A DNA stretch of 64,000 nt from Bernardetia sp. (lineage in GTDB: Bacteria; Bacteroidota; Bacteroidia; Cytophagales; Bernardetiaceae), in NCBI RefSeq assembly GCF_020630935.1, contig NZ_JAHDIG010000005.1, positions 1 to 64,000 of the forward strand. Direction: 5' to 3'. Under the pieces are notes generated by a model. That model made no database searches, had not been told where the DNA came from, and saw nothing but the letters and a program-made list of their open reading frames with translations. A program made the translations under genes and the position numbers. Within the stretch, counting starts at the first letter, position 1, and each line of letters starts with the position of its first letter. This document shows, in pieces, positions 45,403 through 54,964 of this stretch.

Positions 45403-47529
45403 CTACTCCTTCAACTTCAAATAAATTGTTTTTCCTTTTTGAATTGCTCCTCCTGGGTTGAGAGATTGTGAGACAATTCTCCCTTTGCCTTCAAAGGCGA
45501 CTTGCATTCCTAAGTTTTCCAATAAATACAGCGCATCACGCAAACGCATTCCACGCACATCTGGAATCAGACTTGCAGCAGCTTGATTGTCTATCCACAT
45601 AACTGTATCAGTAGCTACTTTGGTTTTTACCCATTGTTGAGCTGTTTGGTTCTGCGTTTTGATGCCTAACTGCGAACATACCAAATCCAAATCTGGACGG
45701 TAGCCAGCACGAATAAATGGCAAACGCATGTGCAAACTATCCATTGCTGTCGCTTCAACCTCTGAAAGAGGTTTGTGCAAATAACGTTGATATACCACAT
45801 CTGAAACTTGACGAAAAACAGGAGCAGCTACTTCGGCTGCATAACGCTTGTCTGTTTTTGGGTCATCAATCACAACGATACAAGAATATTTTGGATTATC
45901 GGCAGGGAAATATCCAGCAAAGGAAGTGTAGTGGTCTTCGGTATATTCTCCGTTTCTAACTTTTTCGGCTGTTCCTGTTTTTCCTGCAATCTGATAGGTT
46001 TTTGTATTAATTTTTTTAGCTGTTCCATTTTCTACTGCACCACGCAACATCGTTTGTAAAATCTTGACTGTTTTGTCTGAAATAATTTCTTTTTTTGTTG
46101 TTGTATTTTCAAAACTTTTCAAGACTTTTCCTGCTTGGCGAGTCTGACTGACAATAATTGGCTGAACAGTTACGCCATTGTTTGCAATCGCATTGTAAAA
46201 AGATAATGTTTGCAGAGGAGAGAGTTTTAGCTCATATCCAATAGACATCCAAGGCAGTGTACTTCCACTCCACGAAGAATCGGAAGGGGATTTTAGATAA
46301 GGTTGTGCTTCTCCAGCCATCTGAAAACCTAAAGGACGATTAAGACCAAATTTTTTGAGATAATCCACATATTTTTGCTCGTCTTTACGAAAATATTTCC
46401 ATACCAAAAGTGACATGCCTACATTGGAAGATTTTTCAAAAACCTCTTGTACACTTAGTTTTCCTAGTGCAGAAACATCACGCATAATGGCATCATCATA
46501 ATATTTATGAACGCCGTCACCTGTTTGTACGCTATCTTTCAATGAAATAGGAATGTCCTCATTTTCAAAAAGAGCAGCCATAGACATAAGCTTAAATGTC
46601 GACCCAGGTTCGGCAAGTCCCATATCTCCAACAGCATAATTATTGTTTTCTACATACGAACCGTTAGAGTTAATTCCTAAATTGACAAGAGCTTTTATTT
46701 TTCCAGTCTCTACTTCCATTAAAATAATAGAGCCATATTCAGCTTTGTATTGGCGAAGCGCATTTTGCAGAATCTGATGAACTGTATCTTGTAAGTTTAT
46801 ATCAATCGTTGTTTGAATATCAATCCCCGGTTTGGGTCTGACTTGCGACATGTCATCAACTGGTTTCCAAAAACCACCTGCAATGAGTTCATAAAGAGCT
46901 TCTCCTGCAACGCCTTGTAACTCACTATTGAAACTATATTCCAATCCTCTACCATTCAAAGATTGTGTAGAATCTTCGTCGGTTACAAAACCTATAGTAC
47001 GTCTTGCAAGGTCATTGAAAGGCAGAAAACGTTTGTCTGTTTGCTCATAAATTACACCTCCCTTATTTCTTCCTTCTCTAAAAATGGGAAATTGGGAGAG
47101 TTTTTTATATTCTTCGTGGCTAATAAGTTCTCGGCTTAGAATATGATATTTTTTGTCGTTTTTTCGGTCTTCTCTTAAAAGATTGACATAATAGCTTGGT
47201 TCGTGTTCTTTAAAGAAATCAGATAAAAGTATTCCTAAAGAATCTATCCCACTTTCAAAAACAGCACTATCAGCCACAGTAGGGTCAATTGCCACACGAT
47301 AAAAAGGCAAAGAAGTAGCCAAAAGGCTTCCATCATCTGCCAAAATACTTCCTCTAGTGGGTTGTACGTCTCGCATCTCTACGCCCCTAGCTTTGCTACT
47401 CCATTTTTCGCCCTCCACTATCTGAATGCTCATCATTTTATAGACAATCACTAAAGCAATAAGTGAGACGACTAAAAAAGCAATTCTGACACGAGCGAGT
47501 ATATATCTTCTTATTCCTGTTTTTGCCAT
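45403..47529 (-). CDS. ftsI: Penicillin-binding protein (FtsI/PBP3-like transpeptidase)
   Basis: N-terminal transmembrane anchor, dimerisation domain, and transpeptidase motifs STFKLMS, SSN, KTGT. Confidence 0.9.
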   Translation of the reverse strand: MAKTGIRRYILARVRIAFLVVSLIALVIVYKMMSIQIVEGEKWSSKARGVEMRDVQPTRGSILADDGSLLATSLPFYRVAIDPTVADSAVFESGIDSLGILLSDFFKEHEPSYYVNLLREDRKNDKKYHILSRELISHEEYKKLSQFPIFREGRNKGGVIYEQTDKRFLPFNDLARRTIGFVTDEDSTQSLNGRGLEYSFNSELQGVAGEALYELIAGGFWKPVDDMSQVRPKPGIDIQTTIDINLQDTVHQILQNALRQYKAEYGSIILMEVETGKIKALVNLGINSNGSYVENNNYAVGDMGLAEPGSTFKLMSMAALFENEDIPISLKDSVQTGDGVHKYYDDAIMRDVSALGKLSVQEVFEKSSNVGMSLLVWKYFRKDEQKYVDYLKKFGLNRPLGFQMAGEAQPYLKSPSDSSWSGSTLPWMSIGYELKLSPLQTLSFYNAIANNGVTVQPIIVSQTRQAGKVLKSFENTTTKKEIISDKTVKILQTMLRGAVENGTAKKINTKTYQIAGKTGTAEKVRNGEYTEDHYTSFAGYFPADNPKYSCIVVIDDPKTDKRYAAEVAAPVFRQVSDVVYQRYLHKPLSEVEATAMDSLHMRLPFIRAGYRPDLDLVCSQLGIKTQNQTAQQWVKTKVATDTVMWIDNQAAASLIPDVRGMRLRDALYLLENLGMQVAFEGKGRIVSQSLNPGGAIQKGKTIYLKLKE

Positions 47530-47534
47530 TTTTT

Positions 47535-47570
47535 CAGTTATCAGTAAACAGTTATCAGTTACCAGTAAAA
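47535..47570 (-). repeat. Copy of the (TTACTGNTAACTG)x2 motif immediately 5' of the ftsI start codon
   Basis: Minus strand reads TTTTACTGGTAACTGATAACTGTTTACTGATAACTGAAAAA then ATG. Confidence 0.5.
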
Positions 47571-47624
47571 TTTATAATTGGCTACACCGAGCTATCGTTT
47601 AGCCTTGTTTGAATAAATATTTTA

Positions 47625-48005
47625 TCACTTACTATTTTCTTCAATTCTGATAAGTGGTTTTTCTCTTTCTTTCAAGCCCAAACGCTGTGCTTTTTTTGCT
47701 ACTACTTGTCTTCTACTATCATAGACATAACGAGTTTGTAGGGCGTGATAATCAATTTGTAGTTCTTCTACTTCTTGGCGCAGACGAGTAACTTCCCTTA
47801 CTACTCTTTCTGTATAATGACGATTTGCAATGTAGATGATTCCAAAGAAAGAAACATACAAGACATAAGGCATTATACGAAACAAAAAATCTTGGTCGAT
47901 AGTAAAATCCCATTCAGCTAAGTTTCGCCAAAAACCTCGTTTTGTAGGAATTTTGATTTCCTGTTCTTCTTCTACGTGCTTAAATGTATTTTGAATTTTT
48001 GACAT
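47625..48005 (-). CDS. ftsL: FtsL-like cell division protein (single transmembrane helix, coiled-coil)
   Basis: Small bitopic protein with a central transmembrane segment (IMPYVLYVSFFGIIYIA) and a C-terminal coiled-coil, located immediately upstream of ftsI. Confidence 0.6.
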   Translation of the reverse strand: MSKIQNTFKHVEEEQEIKIPTKRGFWRNLAEWDFTIDQDFLFRIMPYVLYVSFFGIIYIANRHYTERVVREVTRLRQEVEELQIDYHALQTRYVYDSRRQVVAKKAQRLGLKEREKPLIRIEENSK

Positions 48006-48012
48006 ATTTTTT

Positions 48013-48047
48013 TCAGTTACCAGTAAACAGTTATTAGTTACCAGTAG
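48013..48047 (-). repeat. Copy of the (TTACTGNTAACTG)x2 motif immediately 5' of the ftsL start codon
   Basis: Minus strand reads CTACTGGTAACTAATAACTGTTTACTGGTAACTGAAAAAAAT then ATG. Confidence 0.5.
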
Positions 48048-48125
48048 AATCTATAAATAGTTGATTTTAATATCAGTAGCTGAAACGATTTTAAGACATA
48101 TAATTTCCAAGTGAAATTAAACTGC

Positions 48126-48617
48126 CTACTCATTACTGTTAAGTGAACTTTCGCCACAGCCTTCAAACATCTGATTGTCGTATAAGAAAAAAGCGTGATA
48201 CTTATAATCTTTGTCTGACATTCCATCCGAACAAGCACATTCATAGCCATTCTTTACTACTAATTGAGCTGGTTTTCCATACTCATCTTCTAAGAAATAA
48301 GTATAATGAGATTCTATCAATCTGCCTTCGGCTGCTTTTGGCTCTACATAACTAAAAGTTATAGAATCTAATCCAAATTTAGAAAATAAAATTCCACTCT
48401 TACGAATTTCTGCATTCCAAAACGGTTCTGTACCGAAGGCTTTAAAAACTACTTCGTCTGTACTTACTTTTATAGTTTGTTTTTCAATGATTTTAGTTTC
48501 TGTTTTTTCTACTTCTGTATTTGTAGAGACAGAATCATCTGTACTTGCATGACTTTTTGAAGGTGCATCACAAGCAAAGCAAAATAATACTATAAATATA
48601 AGAATAATATATTTCAT
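48126..48617 (-). CDS. Hypothetical lipoprotein
   Basis: Lipobox LFCFACDAPS. C-terminal Cys-containing domain. Family not recognised. Confidence 0.45.
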   Translation of the reverse strand: MKYIILIFIVLFCFACDAPSKSHASTDDSVSTNTEVEKTETKIIEKQTIKVSTDEVVFKAFGTEPFWNAEIRKSGILFSKFGLDSITFSYVEPKAAEGRLIESHYTYFLEDEYGKPAQLVVKNGYECACSDGMSDKDYKYHAFFLYDNQMFEGCGESSLNSNE

Positions 48618-48674
48618 AATTTTTTATGGTTTGTAAAATTCAATTAAGGACTAAAGCCATCATTAAGGGTAAAA

Positions 48675-51359
48675 TTAAAAGCCTAAAGCCTCTTGAAACT
48701 CTGCTACTCTTCGGTCTTTTTCTTCATTTCTAATATCTGCCATCTTTTGCTCAATTTCTAGTTCTAATTTAGCTTCTTCTTCCAAAGCATTGCTCAAAAC
48801 GCTTAGAGCTTGATATGTATCTTTACGAGTTTGGACATTTGAATTAGTTTTGGATTGATAGGTCAGATATTCAATCCCTTTTTTCTGAACTTCTTTAGGC
48901 TGATTGATAAGATATTGTGTAAAGTGATTTAGAAAGTAACTCATTTCTGTACCCGAAATTCGGTCTAAATTCTTGACATACCAATCATATTTTCCTTCTA
49001 CACCAATAAGCGAATAATATTCTCCCAATCCATAAACAACATGACGCTCTTCGATGCTTTCCAAAGGCTCTACTTTTGAAAGTGCATTTGCTCCATAGGC
49101 ATTCATCAGAGAATACATAGTATTGCTAATTACAAAGTAAGAAGAGTCTTTTAATGTTTCTTCCCAAAGTTCTGGAAAAGCTCCGTATTGAGAAATAACA
49201 TCAATGGCTGAAGCACGTGTAAGGTTGTCCTTATCATTTTTTGCCATGTCTTTCAGAAGTTTGACAAGCTCTGTCAGTTTTTGAGTTACTTCATCAGACG
49301 TCGGATTTTCAATATTTTCAAGGTTATATTCTCCTAGTGAGCGAATGGCTTGTGTTCTGTATGCTCCAAAATCATTGTTTTTTGCTACCTCCATTAATAA
49401 ATTAAATGTTGTGTCATTGCCCACAGAAGCTGCTAAATTATATAACGCTTTCCTTTTTGGAATATAATTATCGTAATATTTTGCTTGCAAACGCCATTCT
49501 GCTGCCGATTTTTCATCCTGACTTATTTGAGCTAAGAGATAACCTGTTGGGTCAAAAACAACGAGTTCTGGATTTGATTCTGTTTTAAATTCAAAACTTT
49601 GTTCAGTTTTTTCCAAAATGAATTTGTGTCTTGTAGATTTTCCATTTTCCCAAATATCAATTTCTAAAGGTAAGAGATAGGTAGGTGAGTAGCGTAAATC
49701 TTGAGTTTGGGTAATGGTTAGTTTAAGTGTCCCGTCTTGATAATCTTGTAAAATAGTTAATTCTGGATGTCCTGCTTCCAAAAACCATTGATTGAAAAAC
49801 CATTTTAAATCTCTTCCTGTAACTTCTTCTGCAATAAGTCTAAAGTTATCAAGTTCAACAGACTTAAACGCATTTGCTTTGACATATTTTTGAAGAGTAA
49901 CCTTAAAGGCTTCATCTCCAATCTCTTGGCGCAACATATTCAAAATAACTGAACCTTTTGAATATGAATGAGAATCAAACATATCGTTTTCGCTTGTGTA
50001 GAAATAACGAATGATAGGCTCTCTCTTTGCCTGCGATTCTCTAAAATAACTTGTTTTATCATTGGCAAGGCTTTGGTCGGCTTCTTTTTTTCCTTTGCTG
50101 TGTTCTAACCAAAGATACTCTCCGTAGTTAGCAAAAGATTCGTTCATGGCTAAGTTTGCCCACGATTCGGCTGTCATAAGATCACCAAACCACTGATGAA
50201 AAAGCTCATGTGAAATAATTCCTTCCCAGTTGTGGTCTTCAATAGAACGTTTATCTACTAAAAGTCCTTCCATAAAAACAGAAGCACTCGTATTTTCCAT
50301 TGCTCCAGACGTATAATCACGGACAATCACTTGAGCGTATTTGCTCCAAGGATATTTGTAATCTAAATAATTAGAATAAAACTCTAGCATTTCAGGCGTT
50401 TTGCCAAAAACATCTTTTGCATACGGAGCATGCCATTTTTCAGTATAATAATATAGAGGAATATCCTTCCATTTGTCTTCAACAACAGCAAACTCTCCTA
50501 CTGCAACCATTGTAAGATATGGCGAGTGAGGTTTTTCCATTTTCCAATAATCAGTACGAGTTCCATCTCCATTTTTTTGAGAAGAAACTAACCTTCCATT
50601 AGAAAGTGTTTGTAAGGAATCAGCTATTGTGATATAAACTTCTTGTGTACCTCTAAAATTAGGAGCATCAAAGGTAGGAAACCACATAGCATTGTTTGAA
50701 GTCTCGCCTTGTGTCCAAATTTGTCTTGGTTTTCCTTTGGTTTTGCCTTCTGGATTGATAAAAAAGAAGCCTTCTTCTTCAATGTTTGAAAGAACGCTGT
50801 TTGTCCAAATAGCCTCGTTGGGTTTGGCAATGTAGCTTATCTCTATCGTAATTTTTTCTTCTTTTGTGTATTCTCTATCCAAACGAACAGTTAATAAAGT
50901 TCCATCATAATCCCATCGTAGAGGTTTTGTAGTCTCGTTTTTTGAACTTCCAGCCAAAAGTTTGATAGATTCGATAGCCAATCCTTTTGCATCTAAATCA
51001 ATTTTATTTTGAGAATAAAAATAAGGCTGAACAGTTAGGGTTGCTGTTGAGTAAATCCATTGATTTTCCCAGTCTGGTGTGATATTTAATTTTGTATGAA
51101 TTAAATCAAATATCTTGGTTTGGGTAGCATGATATTCTCCTTTTTTGGGTTTCCACAGAGGTTCTGGAAGGTCTTTTTTAAACTGATTTTCAGATTCTTC
51201 TATTGGTACAAGAAATTCATTGTTTGTATGAGTAGAATCTTGTGTATTGTTATTTGTAGCCTGTTGTGAAGATTTACAAGAAATAAAAAGTGAAGACGAA
51301 ATGAAAAATAGAACTGCAAAAAATAGAGACAGTGAAGAAAAATGTAGCGATTTATTCAT
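48675..51359 (-). CDS. M1-family zinc aminopeptidase (aminopeptidase N-like) with a C-terminal HEAT-like domain
   Basis: GAMEN motif (GAMENTSASVF) and HELFHQWFGD...NESFA (HExxH-x18-E). Signal peptide. Confidence 0.9.
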   Translation of the reverse strand: MNKSLHFSSLSLFFAVLFFISSSLFISCKSSQQATNNNTQDSTHTNNEFLVPIEESENQFKKDLPEPLWKPKKGEYHATQTKIFDLIHTKLNITPDWENQWIYSTATLTVQPYFYSQNKIDLDAKGLAIESIKLLAGSSKNETTKPLRWDYDGTLLTVRLDREYTKEEKITIEISYIAKPNEAIWTNSVLSNIEEEGFFFINPEGKTKGKPRQIWTQGETSNNAMWFPTFDAPNFRGTQEVYITIADSLQTLSNGRLVSSQKNGDGTRTDYWKMEKPHSPYLTMVAVGEFAVVEDKWKDIPLYYYTEKWHAPYAKDVFGKTPEMLEFYSNYLDYKYPWSKYAQVIVRDYTSGAMENTSASVFMEGLLVDKRSIEDHNWEGIISHELFHQWFGDLMTAESWANLAMNESFANYGEYLWLEHSKGKKEADQSLANDKTSYFRESQAKREPIIRYFYTSENDMFDSHSYSKGSVILNMLRQEIGDEAFKVTLQKYVKANAFKSVELDNFRLIAEEVTGRDLKWFFNQWFLEAGHPELTILQDYQDGTLKLTITQTQDLRYSPTYLLPLEIDIWENGKSTRHKFILEKTEQSFEFKTESNPELVVFDPTGYLLAQISQDEKSAAEWRLQAKYYDNYIPKRKALYNLAASVGNDTTFNLLMEVAKNNDFGAYRTQAIRSLGEYNLENIENPTSDEVTQKLTELVKLLKDMAKNDKDNLTRASAIDVISQYGAFPELWEETLKDSSYFVISNTMYSLMNAYGANALSKVEPLESIEERHVVYGLGEYYSLIGVEGKYDWYVKNLDRISGTEMSYFLNHFTQYLINQPKEVQKKGIEYLTYQSKTNSNVQTRKDTYQALSVLSNALEEEAKLELEIEQKMADIRNEEKDRRVAEFQEALGF

Positions 51360-51767
51360 ACTAAAAAAGAAGTTTTGTGAAGTTTTCTACAACTTACAAA
51401 AAAACTCAATTTTTACGAATAAAAAAAGTGTGAAATTTGAGTTTGTTGTGTTTAAATATTCCTTTTGTGCTAAAAATAGATGATATGAATACGTGTCTCT
51501 GTGATGCCATAGAATAAAATGGATCATTTTTTATCAACTAAAGACTGTATTTAATAACTTTGCAGGTTAAAAAAAATATTGTAAGTAAGGCGATATAAGA
51601 AAAAAATACATTAAAATTTGTTTGTAAGAATAAATGTAGTATTTTTGCATAAATAAAGATTTTTTCTTTTAAAAAAAGCAAAAAACATAGTGTTGTTTTT
51701 TCGCTATACTAAACATAATTGCTTAATTGTAAGCAGTTTAACTTACTAAATTAAAATATATTTCAAA

Positions 51768-52043
51768 ATGAAATTAGTTAAAGATTTCTCTAGAATTGCA
51801 TTAGTAGCTGCATTAGCTTGTACATTTGTCTTCACTTCTTGTAAGAAAGACGAAGAAGAAACTGATTGTGGAGCATTGGCAAGTAAAGTACAAACAACAA
51901 GTCAAGCGTACGCATCAGATCCTTCTAATGTTGAGAAGTGTAATGCTTACAAGGCTGCTCTACAAGCTTATATTTCAGGTTGTGGTGAAGGTACTGACCT
52001 TGCTTCATTCGAAACTGCACTTGAGTTTTTGACTTGTGACTAA
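51768..52043 (+). CDS. Small hypothetical lipoprotein (91 aa, Cys-rich)
   Basis: Lipobox FTSCKKD. Followed by a strong terminator. Confidence 0.45.
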   Translation: MKLVKDFSRIALVAALACTFVFTSCKKDEEETDCGALASKVQTTSQAYASDPSNVEKCNAYKAALQAYISGCGEGTDLASFETALEFLTCD

Positions 52044-52062
52044 TCATAATTCTTATGAATTA

Positions 52063-52102
52063 TAAAAAAACACTCTGTATTATTTTTACAGAGTGTTTTT
52101 TT
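52063..52102. terminator. Bidirectional rho-independent terminator (stem AACACTCTGTA/TACAGAGTGTT, A7 before and T7 after)
   Basis: 11-bp perfect stem. It serves the convergent small lipoprotein gene and nspC. Confidence 0.65.
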
Positions 52103-52107
52103 ATGCT

Positions 52108-53277
52108 CTATGAAAGTTTATTCTTAAACATCTCATAGCCAATTTCTCTAATGAGCTGAAAAGTATTATCTTCCTTCCAAATGCCAATACTTGGATGAGG
52201 AACTCCATTGAAAGTAGAAGTTTTGACCATCGTGTAATGAATCATATCATCAAAGATAATTTTGTCATTAATTTTTAATTCCTTTTCAAAAGCATAGTCT
52301 CCCATTCCAATAAAATCTCCAGCTAGGCAGGTAGAACCTCCAAAACGATACACATGTTTTCCTTCACTCTTCGAACTTGGTGAAGCATCTTCTGCCTCCC
52401 AAATTTTTGGTTTGTATGGCATTTCTAAGCAGTCTGGCATGTGTGCTGTAAAAGAAACATCTAAAATAGCTACGTCAATTCCTCTGCTATCAATAATGTC
52501 TTGCACAGAAGAAACTAAGTATCCTGTTTGCCAACCGACAGCTTCCCCTGGTTCTAAGATAATTTGAACATTATATTTGTCTTTAATTCTGTTCAAAAGT
52601 TTTACTAAAAGCTCTACATCATAATCTTTTCTTGTAATGTGATGCCCTCCACCCATATTGAGCCATTTACATTGATGCAAAAGGTGTCCAAACTTTTCCT
52701 CTACATGTATCAGTGTACGTTCTAGCGTGTCCGAACCTTGTTCGCAAAGCGTATGAAAATGCAAGCCTTCAATTCCCTCTGGCAAGTTTTCTCCTAGTTT
52801 ATCAAATGTAAGTCCGAAACGAGAACCTGGCACACAAGGATTGTACAAGTCTGTTTCCACCTCTGAGTACTCTGGATTGATACGCAAACCTGCCGATATT
52901 TTTTTACCCGTTTTAGCTTCGTTTTGAACTAACTTATCCTTAAAACGCTCATACTGAGAAAGTGAATTGAAGGTAATATGATTGACATAGGTCATCAATT
53001 CATCAAATTCTTTTTCTGTGTAGGCTGGTGCGTAGGCGTGAACTTCTTCCCCAAATTCTTCAAAAGCCAAACGAGCCTCATAAAGTGAACTTGCCGTACA
53101 GCCGTGTAAATATTGACGTACCAAAGGAAAAGTACTGAACATTGAAAAACCTTTTAAGGCACAAATAATATGCACTCCTGTGCGTTTCTGAACGCTATCT
53201 AAAATTTCTAAGTTTCGGCGAAGGAGTCGCTCTTCCAAAACAAAACAAGGCGAAGGAATTTGAGAAATATCTATCAT
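52108..53277 (-). CDS. nspC: Carboxynorspermidine/carboxyspermidine decarboxylase (PLP-dependent, alanine-racemase fold)
   Basis: N-terminal PCFVLEERLLRRNLEIL and C-terminal CLAGDFIGMGDYAF motifs typical of NspC. ~390 aa. Confidence 0.7.
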   Translation of the reverse strand: MIDISQIPSPCFVLEERLLRRNLEILDSVQKRTGVHIICALKGFSMFSTFPLVRQYLHGCTASSLYEARLAFEEFGEEVHAYAPAYTEKEFDELMTYVNHITFNSLSQYERFKDKLVQNEAKTGKKISAGLRINPEYSEVETDLYNPCVPGSRFGLTFDKLGENLPEGIEGLHFHTLCEQGSDTLERTLIHVEEKFGHLLHQCKWLNMGGGHHITRKDYDVELLVKLLNRIKDKYNVQIILEPGEAVGWQTGYLVSSVQDIIDSRGIDVAILDVSFTAHMPDCLEMPYKPKIWEAEDASPSSKSEGKHVYRFGGSTCLAGDFIGMGDYAFEKELKINDKIIFDDMIHYTMVKTSTFNGVPHPSIGIWKEDNTFQLIREIGYEMFKNKLS

Positions 53278-53496
53278 TAGAAAAAAATGTTGATGATGTA
53301 TTAATTTGTAAAGATAATTTTATTTGAGGAAGTTTTGATACAATTTGTTTAGGATTTAGGGTAAAGTGTTATCAAATGTTAATAATTAGAAACAACAAAA
53401 CTTTGTTTTGGAATGAACGTTCTAAAAAAATCAATAAAGGAACAATTGTTCCAAAATGAAATTTTTCAATTCAATTTATTCTTAAATCTTATTCAA

Positions 53497-54261
53497 ATGT
53501 CAAATTTAGCAGGAAAAATCGCAGTCGTAACAGGTGGAAATAGTGGAATCGGTTATGCTACTGCCGAAGAATTTGTAGCGCAAGGCGCAACAGTTATTAT
53601 TACAGGGAGAAACAAAGACCGTATAAAAGAAGCCTCTGAAAAGCTAGGTACAACAGGTATTGTGGCTGACCAATCAAAACTTTCAGATATTGACTATTTG
53701 GTAGAAACAGTGAAAAATCAGTTTGGGAAAGTAGATGTGCTTTTCATTAATGCAGGTATTTTTCTTCCTACACCACTCGGACATATTTCAGAAGAGGCTT
53801 ATACTTCTATGATGGATATTAATTTCAAAGGAGCTGTATTTACACTACAAAAATTCTTACCTATTTTGAATAAAAATGCTTCTGTAATTAATCTTTCTTC
53901 AGTAAACGCTTATACTGGAATGCCTAGTACAGCCATTTATGCAGCATCAAAGGCTGCACTCAACTCTTTCACAAGAACGGCTGCGAGCGAACTTGCACCA
54001 CAAAAAATCCGTGTAAATGCTGTAAACCCAGGGCCTGTAAGTACACCTATTTTTGGAAAAACAGGAATGTCGGAAGAAGATTTGAATGGCTTTGCAGGAG
54101 CGATGCAGCAACGTATTCCACTCAAGCAATTTGGTTCTCCAGAAGCCATTGCCAAACTGGTTAGTTTCTTAGCTTCTGATGATGCTTGGTTTATTACAGG
54201 CGCAGAATACAATATTGATGGAGGTATCAATGTAAATCCTATTTTAGCAAATCAAAACTAA
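53497..54261 (+). CDS. Short-chain dehydrogenase/reductase (SDR) family oxidoreductase
   Basis: TGGNSGIGYATA cofactor motif. Catalytic YAASKAAL. Start at MSNLAGKIAVV. Confidence 0.85.
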   Translation: MSNLAGKIAVVTGGNSGIGYATAEEFVAQGATVIITGRNKDRIKEASEKLGTTGIVADQSKLSDIDYLVETVKNQFGKVDVLFINAGIFLPTPLGHISEEAYTSMMDINFKGAVFTLQKFLPILNKNASVINLSSVNAYTGMPSTAIYAASKAALNSFTRTAASELAPQKIRVNAVNPGPVSTPIFGKTGMSEEDLNGFAGAMQQRIPLKQFGSPEAIAKLVSFLASDDAWFITGAEYNIDGGINVNPILANQN

Positions 54262-54359
54262 ATTTTAGGTAACTTGCAGGATATTTTGATGCACTCCAAA
54301 CAATGTTTTGGGGTGCATCGTTGTTTTATTAGATAGTTTTAGATAAAAATAATTACGTT

Positions 54360-54938
54360 ATGGCAAGGAAAAAGCAATTTGATGAAGATGAAATACTAGA
54401 AAAGGCAACCCATTTGTTTTGGAAAAAGGGTTTTCATGCGACTTCTATTCAAGATTTGGTAAACGAACTCAAAATAAATAGAGCTAGTCTTTACGATACG
54501 TTTGGAGGAAAAGAAGAGCTATTTCAAAAAGCATTACAAGAATATAGAAATAAGAATAAAGCAATTATTAGAGATTTTTTTTCTAAGCAAAAGTCTGTAA
54601 AAGAAGGTATAAAAATGCTTTTTTTGCAAGCTATACACACAAAAACAGAAGAAGCTCAAAAAGGTTGTTTTGTGGTAAACTGCACAACTGAGCTTGTTCC
54701 CAACAACCAAAATATCTTAGAAGTAGCTATCCAAAACCGAGAAGAATTTGAAGCCTTTTTCTTAGGATTGCTAAGAAAAGGAGTAGAAACAGGAGAAATT
54801 TCTGATTCTAAAAACCTTGAAGCCATAGCCTCACTTTTTTATATCTTTTATAGTGGAATAAAGGTAATAGGCAAGACAAATCCGAATATTTCTAATTTGG
54901 AGAAAAGTGTGGAGGAGATAGTTTCTTTGTTGGATTGA
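54360..54938 (+). CDS. TetR/AcrR-family transcriptional regulator
   Basis: N-terminal HTH FWKKGFHATSIQDLVNELKINRASLYDTFGGKEELF. Confidence 0.85.
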   Translation: MARKKQFDEDEILEKATHLFWKKGFHATSIQDLVNELKINRASLYDTFGGKEELFQKALQEYRNKNKAIIRDFFSKQKSVKEGIKMLFLQAIHTKTEEAQKGCFVVNCTTELVPNNQNILEVAIQNREEFEAFFLGLLRKGVETGEISDSKNLEAIASLFYIFYSGIKVIGKTNPNISNLEKSVEEIVSLLD

Positions 54939-54964
54939 GTGATTATATATTTCAAGGTTTTAAT

